Assembly (NCBI GenBank): GCA_000182565.2
Contig: KQ257451.1
From: Spizellomyces punctatus DAOM BR117
Lineage: Eukaryota
Direction: 5' to 3' (one strand)
Length of the DNA stretch: 64,000 nt
Under the pieces are notes generated by a model. That model saw nothing but the letters and a program-made list of their open reading frames with translations. It did no database searches and was not told where the DNA came from. Position 1 is the first letter of the stretch. Every line of letters starts with the position of its first letter. The position numbers and the translations under genes are program-made. Below, in pieces: positions 1-14,719 of this stretch.

Positions 1-60
1 GAATGTTGCATACGAGGAGATGTTGTTTGTCCACATGAATGGCATATTTGCCAACGAGCT

Positions 61-1363
61 TTAGCAAGGTGAGAGCAGTTCTACAACGTCGGATCGCTTC
101 CAATCGCGTGCTGAAACAATTGATCGGCGTTAAAGCCATTATACATCTCCCGTCCTCACCTTGTAGGCAGAAATTGCTCACCGATGTCGACAGCCCTTCT
201 TCCATGAGCGTCTTCCACGTCTTTGCTGACACCAGCAACATCAATGAGCCATCGAATAACATCGATATGGCCCTCTCGCGCTGCGAAATGGAGAGGGGTA
301 AAACCGTCCAACGTCTCAGGACTTTGGAAATCCTGTCGGACAAGGTGTTTGACATTGTCCGGGCTGTCGACTTCCGATGTCCTTTCGCACATAAATATGT
401 CAAAGAGATACTGCAGAATATTTAACCTGTTCGTCTGTGCCGCAAAATGCACTGCTTGCATTCCAGCCTTCGACGTTGCTCGCGCATCACTTTGATATCG
501 TTTTAAGCAGATATCGACGCACGATAATGAGCCGGAGATGCAGGCTAGGTGGAAGATCGTCAACCCTTCGGCGTCTCTGATTTGCGTTAACTGCAGCAAT
601 TCACTTTCGCCCAAGCTATCAACTTGGGATCGCCCAACTTCGAAGAGCATTTCCAAAACTTCAACGCAAGGTGCAGCGGCTGCCATATGTGCGGGTGTTC
701 GACCGTTTCTTGACTGAACAAAAACCAAATGTGGCGCCTTCTCCACTATAAACTGAGCGCATGGAACTGCACACTTCTGGGCAGCCACATGCAGAACATT
801 CCATCCGTCTTTATTTTGCGGTGTTAAGAGGGCTCCGTAATCGTAAAGGACCTTGAGAACCGGCAGCAAGTTTTTGTTGGTTGCAATCATGGCTGGCACC
901 CAAGTCCCATGCTGTTCCAGGGAAGACATGAAGTAGAAAATAAGTGACGAAGTCTTCTCGGTAATTGCCTTTATGTGCAGCATACCTTGAATCCATTTGG
1001 ATCGGCGCCTTTTGAAAGTAGGTACTCGACACATTGCTTGCACTCAATTGTCTCATGAATTGGGCGGCGGCCTACTCACGGCACGTTCAGTTAGCATAAG
1101 CGTTGTCGGTCCAGATCCTCAAGAACCAAATTACCAAATATGTTGGAAACATTAACATCAGCGTGAAACTCCTCCACTAAAACTTCAAGAACTGTGAGGA
1201 TCTGTGCACGGCCTGCGAAGTGGATTAGCCGATCTTGCTGACGGTTAACTGGTGAATTAACGTCAAAGGTCGCTTGGTGCAGCAAGCAACGAAGGTCTGA
1301 AAGAGCACTTTGGCATGTAGCGCGGATGAGGGCGGGGATAAGAGCAGCAGTATCATTTCCCAT
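61..1363 (-). CDS. Ankyrin-repeat protein (multi-exon)
   Basis: Repeated ankyrin motifs (GWNVLHVAA, GRTPAHMAA, GFTPLHFAAREGH). Last exon ARDWKRSDVVELLSPC* follows a GTGAGC...CAG intron. Start is MGNDT at 1363, or possibly the ATG at 1426. Confidence 0.8.
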
Positions 1364-1749
1364 GTGTGTGCTTGCAGTGCTAGTTGCCAAACAGCAATAT
1401 GAGATCAGGGTGGCTGTGAAATCCATTTACTACCCCACATTTCCCCACACTTGACGCTCGGTTGAGTCAATTCCTCCGCCTGTGTGTCATTCCTTCTTGG
1501 CCATCATTCATTGAATGCACTATTTCATAGCAATTGCTACGGCGGTATGGCCATGCCCTCAAACCTGGTTTAACGCATGCGCTGCTGTGTTTCTGCTGTG
1601 TACCCGTTATCTGTCCCATCATATATTCGATACTAGTTGTACCGTGAGGATTCACTGACCGCATTATGCTTTTGGATCCTGGAGCTGTTCCAGGCGATAG
1701 ATTACTCTTCAAAAGAGTCTGCGCAGGTGTCATGATTTCTGCATCAGCA

Positions 1750-3798
1750 CTATATTCTGATCTGATATCTTCCCGCCCGTGTTACAGTCCTTACGCCCTG
1801 TCAGTGGGAATATCAGTGGAACGTCAAGAGCCACTTACAAGCAAAGCATAGTCTCATATGATACGATACCTTGAAAGGTTTATATGGCTCGTGGTGAACT
1901 TGCAATGTGTCAATGCGGAGACCTGATGCTGTGTACATGTTGATCTTAAAGTCGATGTAGACAGTACGGGCCATTTGAATTGGAACGGCTCTATCATAAG
2001 TGGTATAAATACTTTCACTCGCGAGCATCCAATGAGCAACGATCGACAAAGGCAACATACCCGCTCTCCATGTACAAATTACCCGTGAGAAGCGGCACTC
2101 CGCTGACATTGAAATCGGTTGATATTTTGCCAATGGTCCATCGCAGTTCCTGCAGCAAACACATTTGCTGGTCAGTACCCAAGTAATGCTTTCTTATGAA
2201 TTCAAACGAACCTTCGTCATTTGGTCAAATGTACATTGTCCCACGTTTGCATTCAGCTTTACGGAGGCTACAGCCTTCGGAAGTGTGATGGAGAGTGCAG
2301 CATTTTCCACTATTTTCCCTCCGGTGGATCGTGGCTGGACGGATATGTCAAGCTTGCCTACGTAATATTAGAAATTTAAGCAGTTGTCAAGCAGCTGATC
2401 AGAAATATATTACTCCTCCTTACCTGTAGTTTTCGAAAAATGGATTGAGGGTTTAACTAGAAGAGGCAAAGTCTGCGGTGAGCTCATGTTCACGCTGAAT
2501 GAAAATTGGATCAGATGAGCACATTGAAGTAATAAATAAAGGTTGTCTTACTTGTAATCCATGAGCTTGAATTGTCCATCTGGTGGGACAAATGACAGGA
2601 CTCGATCCTTTTCAAACCGATGATATCTAGCTAGTCCCTAAATTGAGTATGGACTTTCCTCAAATTTGCAATTCTCCATGGGCTGATCGAACCTCACACA
2701 TGGATGAAAACTCGTCATGTTGTCCTCCAGAACACGGTGGTTCATAAATGTCAGAATCAGGTCTGGCATCCCTGTAAACCGCAAAGCTATCGTCACGGGT
2801 TACGCTAAAATACAAATAGGTACTTATGAGATTCAAACCTGACAATCTGGTATTGCAAAGGACTTCCCCATGTGCTTCCGCAGTGATTATGTTATTATTC
2901 CTATGCGGGACGGGATGAGTATCTTAATCAAGCTTTCCTTAACAATCTACCATGTGCACCTGTCTAGAATGGCGTCCACAGTTTCGACAATGTCAAAAAA
3001 TATTTCGTTGTTCGTATATTTGATACCGGTCGATCGCCAAGGAACACTGGATAAACTCCCGCTTGGTTGTTTTGTTCCAAAACTGCTAGCAATTAGCATA
3101 GAGGATTTGTCGGTTAACTTATCTCAATATTTCCTACTTTGTGCCAAGAGAAACGGCGTTCATTACGGTTGATAAAAGGGATGGAGGTGGCACGACATCT
3201 TTCAAAATGTTGGGTTCCGTAATATAGGGAAAGCCGTAATCAAGTAGCTCTTCCAGCAACTACAACATTGTGTTATAAGGTCCTCGTCACAACTAGTGTG
3301 CTGGAAAGAGGAAACTTACCTCATACACAATCACAAAATTCTCCTTTATAATGAGCTCTGTTACTGGGCCAAAGTAGTCGACTAAGAGATCCACCGTCCG
3401 ATGCAAGAAATGCAATACACTCAGTGGCGACACTGTAGCAATCAGGAAAGTTAATTGAGCCTCAGCCCCAGCGAGCACCTGGAGGAAAGGCAGTACGTTA
3501 CCTTCTTCTTCAGTTACAGCAAGGAAGACCAAGCCACTGCGATAGACATGATGAAGATAAAGCTCTTCACACGCCACCACTGGCGGAACCTCGTACGGGC
3601 TAGAGGATGCTTGAGATATTTTGAGGAAATCGTCGACAGCACGCCCTATCACATGGCGCCAGTGCTTTTCAATGATAACCTTCCTAAGAAAATGCAAGCA
3701 GTTCTCCGTTAATAAATTTCGTGCCTGTGCGTCTTTCGAGAACTGTCACTTACGAGAACTTACCCACTTGTATCTAGGATAAACAAACTACTGATCAT
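1750..3798 (-). CDS. AP3M1: AP-3 adaptor complex mu subunit
   Basis: Spliced translation gives MISSLFILD..IIEKHWR, IKENFVIVYE, ASGLRIDTL..EPYKPFKGVRTVTRAGRYQIRI*, typical of mu3. Confidence 0.9.
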
Positions 3799-3969
3799 AT
3801 TTCTATATGTGTAAAAGTGGATGGACTCAAATGCACTGGCTTCCAAAGTCCGATGATCTCGCAAAGGGCAACTGGCAGACGTGGTTGTTCTGCTGAATGT
3901 GTCATCTGTGGCTTAGACCGTGCTTAGCTGGTAAACCCAGCCAGAGCGACAGATCGACGAGGAGCAGAC

Positions 3970-4884
3970 ATGGACGACGTCGACGTGGACCGATTATATA
4001 TCCTCGAATCTTTGCGTACAAAGATCTCCCAACTTCGTGATTCTCTTAATGATTTCTGGGCTGTGCCGAATAACGCGCAATGGTAGGAATAGGAGCTTTG
4101 GACTGTACAAGTGATATCCAACGCTGCACCTATTGACTTACACTGTACTTTGACGGCGATGCAGGCCGCATGTTTTGAGTCAGTTCAACGTCCTTGTTGC
4201 CAGATATGAGAGTCTATTGGGAGAATTGCGGAAATCCTGGTTGAAGTTAAATCTGGTTATTCCCAGCACTGTGCCCCATGAGCGTCCAGATCAGTGTAAG
4301 TCTCGAAGATTGTACACCGTCGTGCGAAGAGTTTGCGTACCAATTGCTTGGCCTTATTCAGTACCTGAGCTACTCCGCACCAAACTGATTCCCGAGATAG
4401 AAGAATTACAAAACGCGCAACGTCGTAACGCTGTACATGCTCCTGGCCTTGGAAGTGATGAAATTAATTACTTGGATGAGTCTGCTGTACGAGATGCGGT
4501 ACGATCTTGGGAGGTATGTGATCCCGGACCGCTCTTATTTCCCTCTCTCAGGCCTATCATTAACGTACTTTAACCTAATGGCATAGGCACGTATGGAACA
4601 GCATGATCTCCTAGTTCAAGCTGCCCTTGAAACGGTGCGCGACAAAGACCTTCGCAAACAACTCAAAGCTCGAATACCACAAGAAGAGGACGACCAGGAT
4701 TTAAGTCGATTTGTGGATGAGGCTGGGAAAGAGAATAAGCGGGATCTGGAGCGCATGTTGATGTGGATGTCCAGCGGACCGCGTAAGGGTTCTTTCTGTT
4801 TTGTTTATCGAAAACTGTCATTGTAAACACTCTGCCTCACTTTTTTTAGAGAGCTGGGTAGAAGAAGAGAGCAGGCGAGCATGA
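3970..4884 (+). CDS. MED8: Mediator subunit 8
   Basis: LESLRTKISQL..W|PHVLSQFNVL..ELLRTKLIPEIEE match Med8 motifs. About 5 exons. Confidence 0.8.
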
Positions 4885-5089
4885 CTGGTTGCAGTGGAGA
4901 TATAAGAGCTTCCGGTAGCTTGCTTGGTGTACATAGGGCGTATATAGAAATTTCCGATTCTACAGCTTGTGCTTTTATGGAACAAGTTACAGCCGGATTG
5001 ACCTAACTGGTAGCTCAACAGTGACAGAGCGGCAGACGGCGTCGCATATCAAAAATCTACTAAGTATTAGATATATTACATTCACAGTA

Positions 5090-8000
5090 TTAAAACTCGG
5101 CTCGCCTTGCCGGAAACGCAGGGTACGTTCGTAGCCGCAGCCTTTCCACTTCCTCTCTCAGAATAGCGATGTCTTGCGCCTGAGATTTAGCAAGATCTAT
5201 CAACCTTCTCCTAGCATAAATAGATCCCAGTGCATTTTTCCGGCCTTTGGGTTTACTTCGTATTTGTGCGGAAATTTTTCCCCCTTCGTCCGCCTTTTCC
5301 TCATCTACTACGCCCGCAATCATTTTGCGATCCCGAACGTCCTGGCCGAGAGAGTCCACCTTCATATCCAACCGCTTGTTCTCCCCTTTCTTTTCCCGTA
5401 CTTTGCGTTCAAGTCTCTCAATGGCAGCTTTCATTTCGGAGAGTTTGTGGTGATGAGCTTTGATGCTATGTTCCGCGCGTTTCTCAAGTGCCGCGATTTC
5501 GTGCAAATGCTTTTTGTCATCTCCTCCGCGAATAAATTCTTGCATAGATTTGGTAACGCGAAGAAGTTGGATGTCGCGAGTGCGGAGGGTCAGTGATTCA
5601 GCCTGGAAATCGAGCATCTTCGTTTCCCTGTTTTTATAAACCGGTACGCCATGAGAGTCAAGCATTTGAAAAACAAATCCACCGGTTAAAAGCATACCAC
5701 TCCAAAGCATGTATCCCCCGTCTATACTCTTTCATCTCCCTTAGAGCAGCCACTTTAGTCTGACCCAGGGCGACGATGGCCTCGTTCAACCTCTCCACCA
5801 CACTTCTATGAACCAGAACCGCATCGCTGTAGTCTGTGACCACAGGAGCCTGCGGGACTTCAACCTGGCCCTGTTTAAGACCAACCAGTACCTCCAAATC
5901 AAACGTGCTTCCAAATCTGTAGTCCACAAACCCGTTCATTTCTCCCGTGAGTTCTTCGGTTTCCAAGCGGATTTGGTCGGATGCCTCTAGCAGATTCGTT
6001 ATCAGGGTCTGTAAGTTGTGGAGAGTTTGCGAGACGGTGTGCAAGTCGGCTTCGGTCTGAATTTTCCTGTTTCGGATGGCGATGAGATTTTGGAACAGAT
6101 CAGCGGGGAGGCCTTCTGGTGTGTCTGTCTGCGGATTTAGAGGGCAAGGAGTTGGGGGTGGGAGGGTGCTGAAGGCCGGTGTTAAAGCATGGGACGTTGG
6201 ACGAGAAGGGTGGTGCTGTGGTTCATACGGCTTGTATGGATTAAGATCTTGCTGCGAGGGGTCGGTTGTCGTACCATCACGAGAATCCTCAGCGGCATCC
6301 CTCCGTTTAAATAACCTCCAACATGCCTCCCACCATCCTTCCATTCCTGGTGCCCCAAATTCTTTTCTGAATGCCCTTTCGACCTCCTTATCTTTCTTCA
6401 ACGCAGTCTCGTATTCCTCTCGACATCTCTCCAAATCCTTCTTCAATTCAGGTATCTCCGCTGAGTAATGCATTTTTTCTCCCTTGCAAGCTTCCAGTCG
6501 GGAGGTTATGGCTTGCTCCTTGGCTTCGTCTTCTGAAGCGTACAGAATCGAAGCGTACAGCTTGATCAAAACGAGCTCATGTTGGTAGATAATGTTGTCA
6601 GTGCTGAGCTTAAGCTCAAAGAGAGTCTGCCGGAGACTTATGGAATCAAATTGATCGCAGATTTCTGTGATGGACGCCAAAAGTTTCTTCAACTCGGTCT
6701 CCAAAGCTTTCCGGGTCTTCTCCTGCTCTTCCTTTTGTGTTGCAAGCTTCTTCTCATATTCTTTTGCCAGCTTCTTTTCCTCGTCTAACCATTCAGAAGC
6801 TGGTTTCGTCGTCATAAAGTCCGGTTTTGTGAGGAGGGCTTTGGTGTCTTCCTCTGCGCTGCGGTCCTCAAGTCTATTGTTCATCATCTGGGTGAGGGCC
6901 CGATCTCGGGCATTATCTAGGGCAGCCGCGCGGAGACGTTCCGCATCTTGACGTTGTTTTTCGAGCAGACGCTGTTGCTCCTCTGGCGTGATAAACTGTC
7001 ATATTAAAGACATCAATCTCGTATCATGCATGACTAGCGTTGGGGGTAGGAATTGGATAAAAAAGCGATGCTAACCTTCTCACACTTAATTTCCTCATCT
7101 TTGACCTCAACAACTAGCCCCGGCTCCTCCTCCCGATCCAAAACGGGCTTGAAGATCTCCACTCCCTCAACGTTGCCCAACTCATCCATTATCCCCTTGC
7201 ATCTCTCTCCCTTCTCTTCAATTTTAAGCATCTCGTCTCGCTTGAGTTTGACAAATTCTGCAAATTTGTTGTTGAAGTTTTTCTTGAGGTTTTGAATGTG
7301 GTCCTGTAGGAGAATCATTTGTGTTCGGCGCCGATCATTGGTCGTCAGGTCAAACGGTGTATACAGAAGGGCAGGTGGGACATCCGGGGCCGGCGTAGGA
7401 GCCTTTGCTTGCGTGTCTGCCTCGGTGTCGGAACCGTCCAGCTTCAAAATAGGAGCATGAGAAATACACCTTGCTATTTCACAAACTTGTCGTTTTGCAA
7501 CTTACTTCCTCGGTCAAGTCCATCTCCCTCACCCCGCCCTTCTTTTGAGTCACCTAGACTCACCACATGCCTCAATAACACTACTTCCATGATGCAACCG
7601 GCAAGCGATAGCATACCTTTGCAGTAGCGTTGGCAACCAACATCCCGACCTTCCTCAAGAACATAACTCTGTTTACTCGCTCAATCTCCTCCAAACTTTG
7701 CTTCCGAATTGGATAATTCGGTACAACCGTGTGACGTCCAGTAAGAGGGTCTGGGTTGAAGGATTTGATCGATTGACCGATGATTTCCATCGAGTCCCAA
7801 CATTCTTGCTACGGGAAGCATATTTTGTGTACACTCTTTCAGCCTCTTTACAAATCAGTCCAGAAAGCAAATAAGCAAACCTTGATCCTTGCACCGATAA
7901 CTTTCTTTTTCATATTATCCTCTTCAATTTCCCTTCTGACCTCCCTAACCTTTCCGTCGGCTTTGCCCAATAGACGGTCACGTTCCTCATAATCCAAAAC

Positions 8001-10947
8001 AAACTCCTCTCGATCTAACCGCTCTAAAGAAGGTAATGAATCGTTTTTCGCTATCGCTTTTAATAGCCTTTCCCGTATGGTCTGAAGGCGGTTCTGAATG
8101 TCAACGTTCTGCATCGGATGGGGGATATTCTGCGTCGGTGTTGCCGATCGTGATGTAGCTATGAGAGACTCACTGGACGTATCCGCAACATCTGTAAGTG
8201 TCTAGCCAGTCAATTAGTGAACAACACTTCGACAATGCANNNNNNNNNNNNNNNNNNNNNNNNNNNNNNNNNNNNNNNNNNNNNNNNNNNNNNNNNNNNN
8301 NNNNNNNNNNNNNNNNNNNNNNNNNNNNNNNNNNNNNNNCTGGTGCATGCACAGAGGCACATCCACCCTGAAAAGGGTCATGGGCGTATATTCGAATTAT
8401 CTTGTCGGGCTCCATTAGAGTACGGACCGTCAGTGTACCATCTGATGAACAGGTAATGAGCCATTCAGAGGTTGAGCTCAGATGTAACGATATTTGAGCC
8501 TTCTCATGGTCTTGGGACTGTGCGCAAAGTCAGTGACAAAAGCCTCTGGCCACGATTCATTGTGGAAATTCCTCACCTCGTAGGCGGGAACGCCGAGATG
8601 TACGACATCTTGACCCAGTTTACCATCATCATTCAATCTCGCTACCGATACGCCAGCGGTAGAAAGCACCTTAGATCCCGCGGGTGCTTGATATGACTTC
8701 AATTTACGATCGACGGATGTCACATAAAATGTTTCGCGGCCCGCAGAGAGATGGCTGCGTGGAATCGTATCAAGCTCATTGACCTGGCGGTAAGGATCGA
8801 GGTTATCTTACCTAGGAACAATGACCATGTCCACCAAAACGTCATCAATCTTATATACGACGGACTGCATGAAGATAAATGCAAGTATCACAACATGACT
8901 CTAACGGACGATTCGAAAGTTCTTTCGTGAAAACCTACCGGCGGTAGGTGGAGTTCTCCTGTATCCTTTGCTTTTCGCTCCAACGGCACGCTAAATCGAT
9001 GTACAAAGCTGGTGCGTTGGCGTGGGTTCACCGTAAGGATGTACAAAAAGAGGGCCTAGAGATACCGCAATTGGAGCTAAGAAAGCGAAACGCACAGTCG
9101 CGATAGATAGGTTCCAGCTCACCGTTCCCACATCCTCTTCCAAACTCCAGGCGCAAGCACAGATGTCCCCTTCTATCTTCAGTGAACCCCATAGCCCAAA
9201 AACATCAAATGCTTCAAATAGACATATTCGCCCGTCTTTTGAGCAAGATATCAAGTACCGCCCACTCGGGTCGAACGATATTTTTTCAACAGCTTCATGA
9301 TGCACCCGGTGACGAGCGATCAGGCGAGGTGAGCGGCCGTTCCGACAGTCATAGAGCCGGACTACCCCACTGGAACTTCCTACCGCCACAAGAGGAGCAA
9401 AGCTGGAGCTTGCAATGCAAGTCGGTACACCCGAAAGATGGTCCTTCCCGATGAGCGCATGGCGATCGGGGTCTTCGGTAGAGTAGAATTGAAGACTGCT
9501 GTGTGATGCCGTTACAACGAGGTTTGCCATGCGAAGGAGAGTGAGGTGCGTTGGGTGGCCAGGACTCTCAAGTGTCTGATGGAGTGTACAACGTCTGAAT
9601 GAGAGCTACGAGAAAGTATGAAGAGAAGTACATACCAGTGCGCATTCCGCTGCGCCCACTTTATAGTGGAACAGCCTTCCGTCCATGGATTCCACAAGAA
9701 GGTGCTGATAGTCTGGTGAGAAAGCCAGGCGAATAAGTTCAGTACCGGCGGCAACCGGAATGGTCTTGGTAATTTTTTCTGCCTCGAAAGCGTACCAACG
9801 TAGGAAACCATCCTAGTAGTAGTTGATGTTTATGTTGTCTTCCTGTTCCTTTGCCATGCACTATCAGCTCACCTTCCCACCAATGATAATCGCTTCTCTC
9901 GCCACAACCGCACAGGCCATCTGTCCATTTTCGAAACTACTGTCTTCAGTGTCTTCACCAGCAGCGACAAACACCTCACATTCGCCCGTGGCAGGGTCAT
10001 AATGCACCAGTTCATTTCCAGTGTCTGTCGTGCAGAGGATTTGATTGTCAATGGTCCATGTATGGGTTGTGGGCTTTGGACTTTGGTCTGTTACGGCAGG
10101 GAAGAGCGTTGAATGGCTCATAGGGATAGGTTTGCCGGTACTGGTAGAAAACAGAAAAGTGTGAGTCGCAGATTGTTTTCATCCTACACTTAGATTAGAA
10201 TCTGTGCTCTTTTGACAACGCACTTACATGCTTTTCATGACATTCTTTTTGTGCCCCATCTCTATTCGCAAAAATCGGATTCCGTCTTCTCCGCTCACAC
10301 AGAGGCACGTCGGATCAAGCGGACAAAACGACAGTACGTTGACAGCCATATGGTTTTCAACTTCGCAAATGAGTGCCCCGCTTCTCCAATCCCATACCGT
10401 AATACTGAACGTAGGGAGGGACCCAAGAGCCGCGAGATATTGGCCATCATAGGAAAAGGCTAAAGCCGTGATTTTGACATCTTTTGGCGCTTCTAGCTTT
10501 CCCATCCCCAAGGTGGCTTCACTGGGCCATTTAACTAGCTTGATCACTGTGTTCTCTCTCTCAGCATATGCAACAACATTTTCACGTCGCCAAAGAGCGA
10601 AAGCCGTTATTTGAGCATTGGCGTGGACACTCTTCAGGGCGTCCGGCGGGGAATCTGAATTTTTTGTACTTGGTGATACTGTATCTATAAAGTTGATGCA
10701 GTTACCAGATGTATAGGCCAAGATCGTAGAAGTGAGAAAGACAGCTGGGCTGAGGGGAGTGTGCCCGACCGATTTGCTATTACATAATGTCACTTTCACA
10801 GGACTAAATTTCAAAGCAAGAGGGACAGATACAACTTACGCCAGCTCCAAGTCCCCGTAGAGACCGCCAGGCATTTTGCGCTGCCTTTTGGATGGGACAA
10901 GACGGTTGCGGGAAACCCAGAATGTCACTGGACCTTGTCATTGACAT
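5090..10947 (-). CDS. CFAP43: Cilia/flagella-associated protein 43 (WD40 plus coiled coil), interrupted by an assembly gap
   Basis: N-terminal WD repeats (LAFSYDGQYLAALGSLPTFSITVWDW). C-terminal LKQGQVEV..VVTDYSDAVLVHRSVVE and LREEVERLRLRTYPAF. Confidence 0.88.
8240..8339. other. Assembly gap (100 N, probably a placeholder of unknown size)
   Basis: Run of exactly 100 N. Confidence 1.
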
Positions 10948-11257
10948 CTGAGCGGGAGTGATTACACGTCGATTACTAAGCATTCGCAAATTTGTGGTTC
11001 ATCATCAAAATGATCGTGAATCAACACTGCTCAACATCCTTTTACTCTGGGACTTTAGCGAAATGTGTCACTTTGATGATGGCTGTATTGAACGTACTGG
11101 CGCAAGCGCCTTTCATTTGCCCTTCATAGACAGCCGGAGCCAAGTTTTTGATATCTTTGCCAACCAATAAATACAGGTATCCTACCACCACTGCGAACCC
11201 CTATGTAAATCTGTCTATTAAGAGGGCACTAGAAAGACTGAACGAAATGTAACTGAA

Positions 11258-14200
11258 TCATTTGCGAGGGAAGGTACCACTCTTGTTGCCAGATCTTGGT
11301 CGGACGGTTGGACGGGGTGCTTTTTTCTACAATTTTCTTTGTTACCAAATGAATTACAAGATGAAAGCCATAATGTTTGCCCTTACCTCTTTTGTTTCTG
11401 GTGCGGCACCATATGGGTTATATACAGTGGATGATTTCGCCCCTTTCGAGCGTTGTTTTGGAGTATCATCATCATCACTCTTAAGGGTAAGGGCGTCCAT
11501 GGCGTCAGCGACGGCGCTCCGAGCTTTGGAGTAATCGAAAGGCTCCAACGAACCTGTGGGTTGCCCACGATTTGTATGCTTTCCTTGATTCGCTGGGAGG
11601 CCGGCCGCTTTTTTGTTTTTCTTCCGTTTCTTGTTGGAATTCCCTTTAACTTTCACTATTTCCACCTCTTCGTCTTCCAGGGATATAACGTCGCCAGAGC
11701 TGGCCGCAGCTCCATTGACGGGCGAGTCGCGGTCCGGAGACACTGCAGACGATGCACTGGATATATCACTAACATTCATCGGAGTTGCAACTTTCGGCCC
11801 TGATTCTTCCTTCATAGCCGCAGATGCAGGCGCTTGTTGGTCGGATGGTGGACGCTTTCGCTTCAGTAGCAAGGCCGCAGAAGGTGCCACCATATATAAG
11901 CTTTTCCTAATCTGCTCGGCCATCTTCCGGGCTGCCACTTCCTCCTCATCCTCGCCTTCAACGGTACCTTCACTGAAAATGGAGTGGGTTGTGACCATTA
12001 CTCGCGCGATGCTCGGTGTAGCAGAACCGTCGTTTTGCGGTGCACCAAACAACTTTGATATTGGAAGCGGTTCAACCGTTGGCAGTGGTGTTGGTACGGG
12101 GCTGTCTACTGAGTCAGCGTCCAAGTCGTCCCTCTCCTCAAAGCGAATATGGATAGGGCCCTTCGCTTTCCTCTCCTGCCATTCTTTCTCCTTCTGGGCG
12201 ATTTCCTCCCGGACCCTTTTCAGCTCGGCCTCCATATTTTCCTTTGCGCGCTTAGCTTCCACAAGAGTGTTCTCAATGAGAAGCGCTATATCCGATGCGT
12301 AAAGGCGGACCAGCGGGGGCACTGGACTACAGCAACCTAGTACGCCTTGCGGTTCGATTGGCATTCGGTCGGCCAGCGTATACAACATGTGGTTTGGAAG
12401 GACATATCGCTGAGACTCGTCTTCTTCTCTTGCGATATGGTCTCTCCACGCATGGATTGCGCGAAAAACCGCAAACTGCTCCGCATTGAGAGCACCACCG
12501 TATTTGCGCAAACCATTCCGCCAGCCGTTTGCTCCCCGGCCATTTTCCGAATCGTATATCTCTTTCTCGTATCTTTTCAAAGCTGTTTGCTGAGAGCGGT
12601 CCAATGTTGCACGCAGAAGGTTTTGGGTTTCTGGATTTGACATATTCAGTAATTCATTCCGCATTCGATCATATATGTACAATAAGTAATGTGTATCACT
12701 GCGCGCATATTTAAGCATTTCGGTGGGTAAAGGTCTGTCGGTCAATAGAAAGTAAGTTGTCCGAATTCTCGAGTTCCAGACATAAAATTGGCACACGACA
12801 CTTACCTTATCCTCCAATCTGCTAGCTGATACTGCTTATTTGTTTCAACACTGCAGTAGTACTTCAGCAAAAACGCCAAGCCGTGATGCGCCATTTCCAA
12901 TACATGAGATGCATGATATGTGTCAAATAGATTCACAATGTACAGTCCAAAGTCCCGCTGAAGCCACTGAATATCCATATCCGCACCATGAAAGACCTTT
13001 AAATCGAGAGTGAGCCGTCCATCGCAAAATTTGCTATTTGGCTGGTGCACGCCAATCGTACCTTTACGATTTTAGGGTTCGTAAAACTTGAGTTTAATAC
13101 GTGCAAGTGACTTCGAACAGCAAGCGCATCAATAATGAAATCCTCTGTTCTTGTCGATATCTGTATAAGACACACAAAGCCTTGAAACGAGCGATAGTCG
13201 TGGTGCTAAATGACCCATATGATTATTTGCAATTGCAATACCCGATAACACATTTTGCATATTCATACCTCTGTATCAACCGCTATTTCATTGACAGATT
13301 CCAGGAGTGCCGCAAGCTCGTCCAACTTCTCCTCAGTGTCGATCCATGTATACGGAGTCTGATCCATCGCTGCATAAAGCTCCTCAGGACGCGCCTCAAA
13401 CATATGAGCAGGATATTCAATATTCTGTATCTCGTACTCATAGGGGTGAGGAAGGCTATGCAACAACGAAATATTGTAGGCAAGTTTTGCACCAGTAGCG
13501 AAACACATTACACTGACCTGTAGTGTGACGAACTTGCATCGGTGATTCCTAGTGTTCTCAAGTGATCACTCATTTCAGGTGATATATCGGGTGTGCCAGG
13601 CATGCCATAGTTTAGCGGTTGCAATGCGTTTGGTTTATGTGTGATTTTGCGTACGAATGGTCGATTAGAGTTGTCGATTTTGTCCTCGAACTTTAGCTGT
13701 GGTCGTAGAATGTTCTGTGCGTGAATGACGTTGAAATTTCCCTTATTTCCTCCCGTGGCTTGCACTTGTAACATAACCGGAGCACTCTGGCCGGGTACAT
13801 TCCCAGGAGCGTTCTTCTTTATTCGACCAGTGACTTCGTCTAGACATATATCCTGTATTCACAAGAACTTTAGAATTTCAATCTAAATGGCAGGGCACAC
13901 TTTTTTATTCAATGCGCAATTTTGCACAATGCTTACCGCCTTCTCCAAAAGGTTGTCCACCGTATCCACCACCGTGTCATAGTGATCTATGACATCCTCC
14001 ACATCCTCGAAACTAGAAAAGCGATCCCCGCCAATTGTCGATCCCCCGGCGGCATGAGCAAGTAGATCGTTGCAGAGTCCAAGTAGATTGTCTCCAGTTT
14101 TTGTCAGGCGCTCGTCAAACTTGGGAGACAATGACTTGTAAAAGGTCAGTTCGTTCGCTTTGAGGAAGTTGGATGCCTTTGTGACTTGGGTCAGCGCCGC

Positions 14201-14281
14201 AAATAGGGAGTTCTGGTACGCCTCAAAATTATCCTGAGTAATCCCGTCTTTCAGAAAAGGTTCATTGCCTTGGTCTGCCAT
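11258..14281 (-). CDS. RRP6: Nuclear exosome 3'-5' exonuclease Rrp6/EXOSC10
   Basis: PMC2NT N-terminus, [57 protein letters not shown], and [16 protein letters not shown]. Confidence 0.95.
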
Positions 14282-14719
14282 GGTTTAAAAAAGAGAACTG
14301 GAAAACACGGGAAGGCGATGAACTCGCCAAAAACACTTCATGCTTAGTAATATCACGTGCCTAGACAACTGTCATGGCAACAAGAGATATTGAACTTTCA
14401 AAGGAATGGATGCTTGCTTGCATTGGGGCCGTTGTTTACGTTGTTTACGCCAAGTGCGAGACATGATGGAAAGCAATTGCGACGAGGAAAATATCAGAAT
14501 ACCTTGAAATTTATTTCCGACGTTTTACGTTACTCTATATTTTGGTTCATTATCTGGTCGTTTTCTACCAGTAGGCCCAGAGGGTTTGGAAAGTCATCAC
14601 GTCATCGGGTGAGTCATTCCGAGATCCGAGACATCGCGCTCGTGTAAAGCTGTAAGAAGTTTTGCGACTTTGGGTAGATTGGACCTTGGAACTTGTCGAG
14701 ATTTAGACGCACAAGCGGC

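Noticed and set aside
11613..12302. Long antisense ORFs (also 51902-53245)
   Set aside because: Shadows of the RRP6 and WAPL coding strands.
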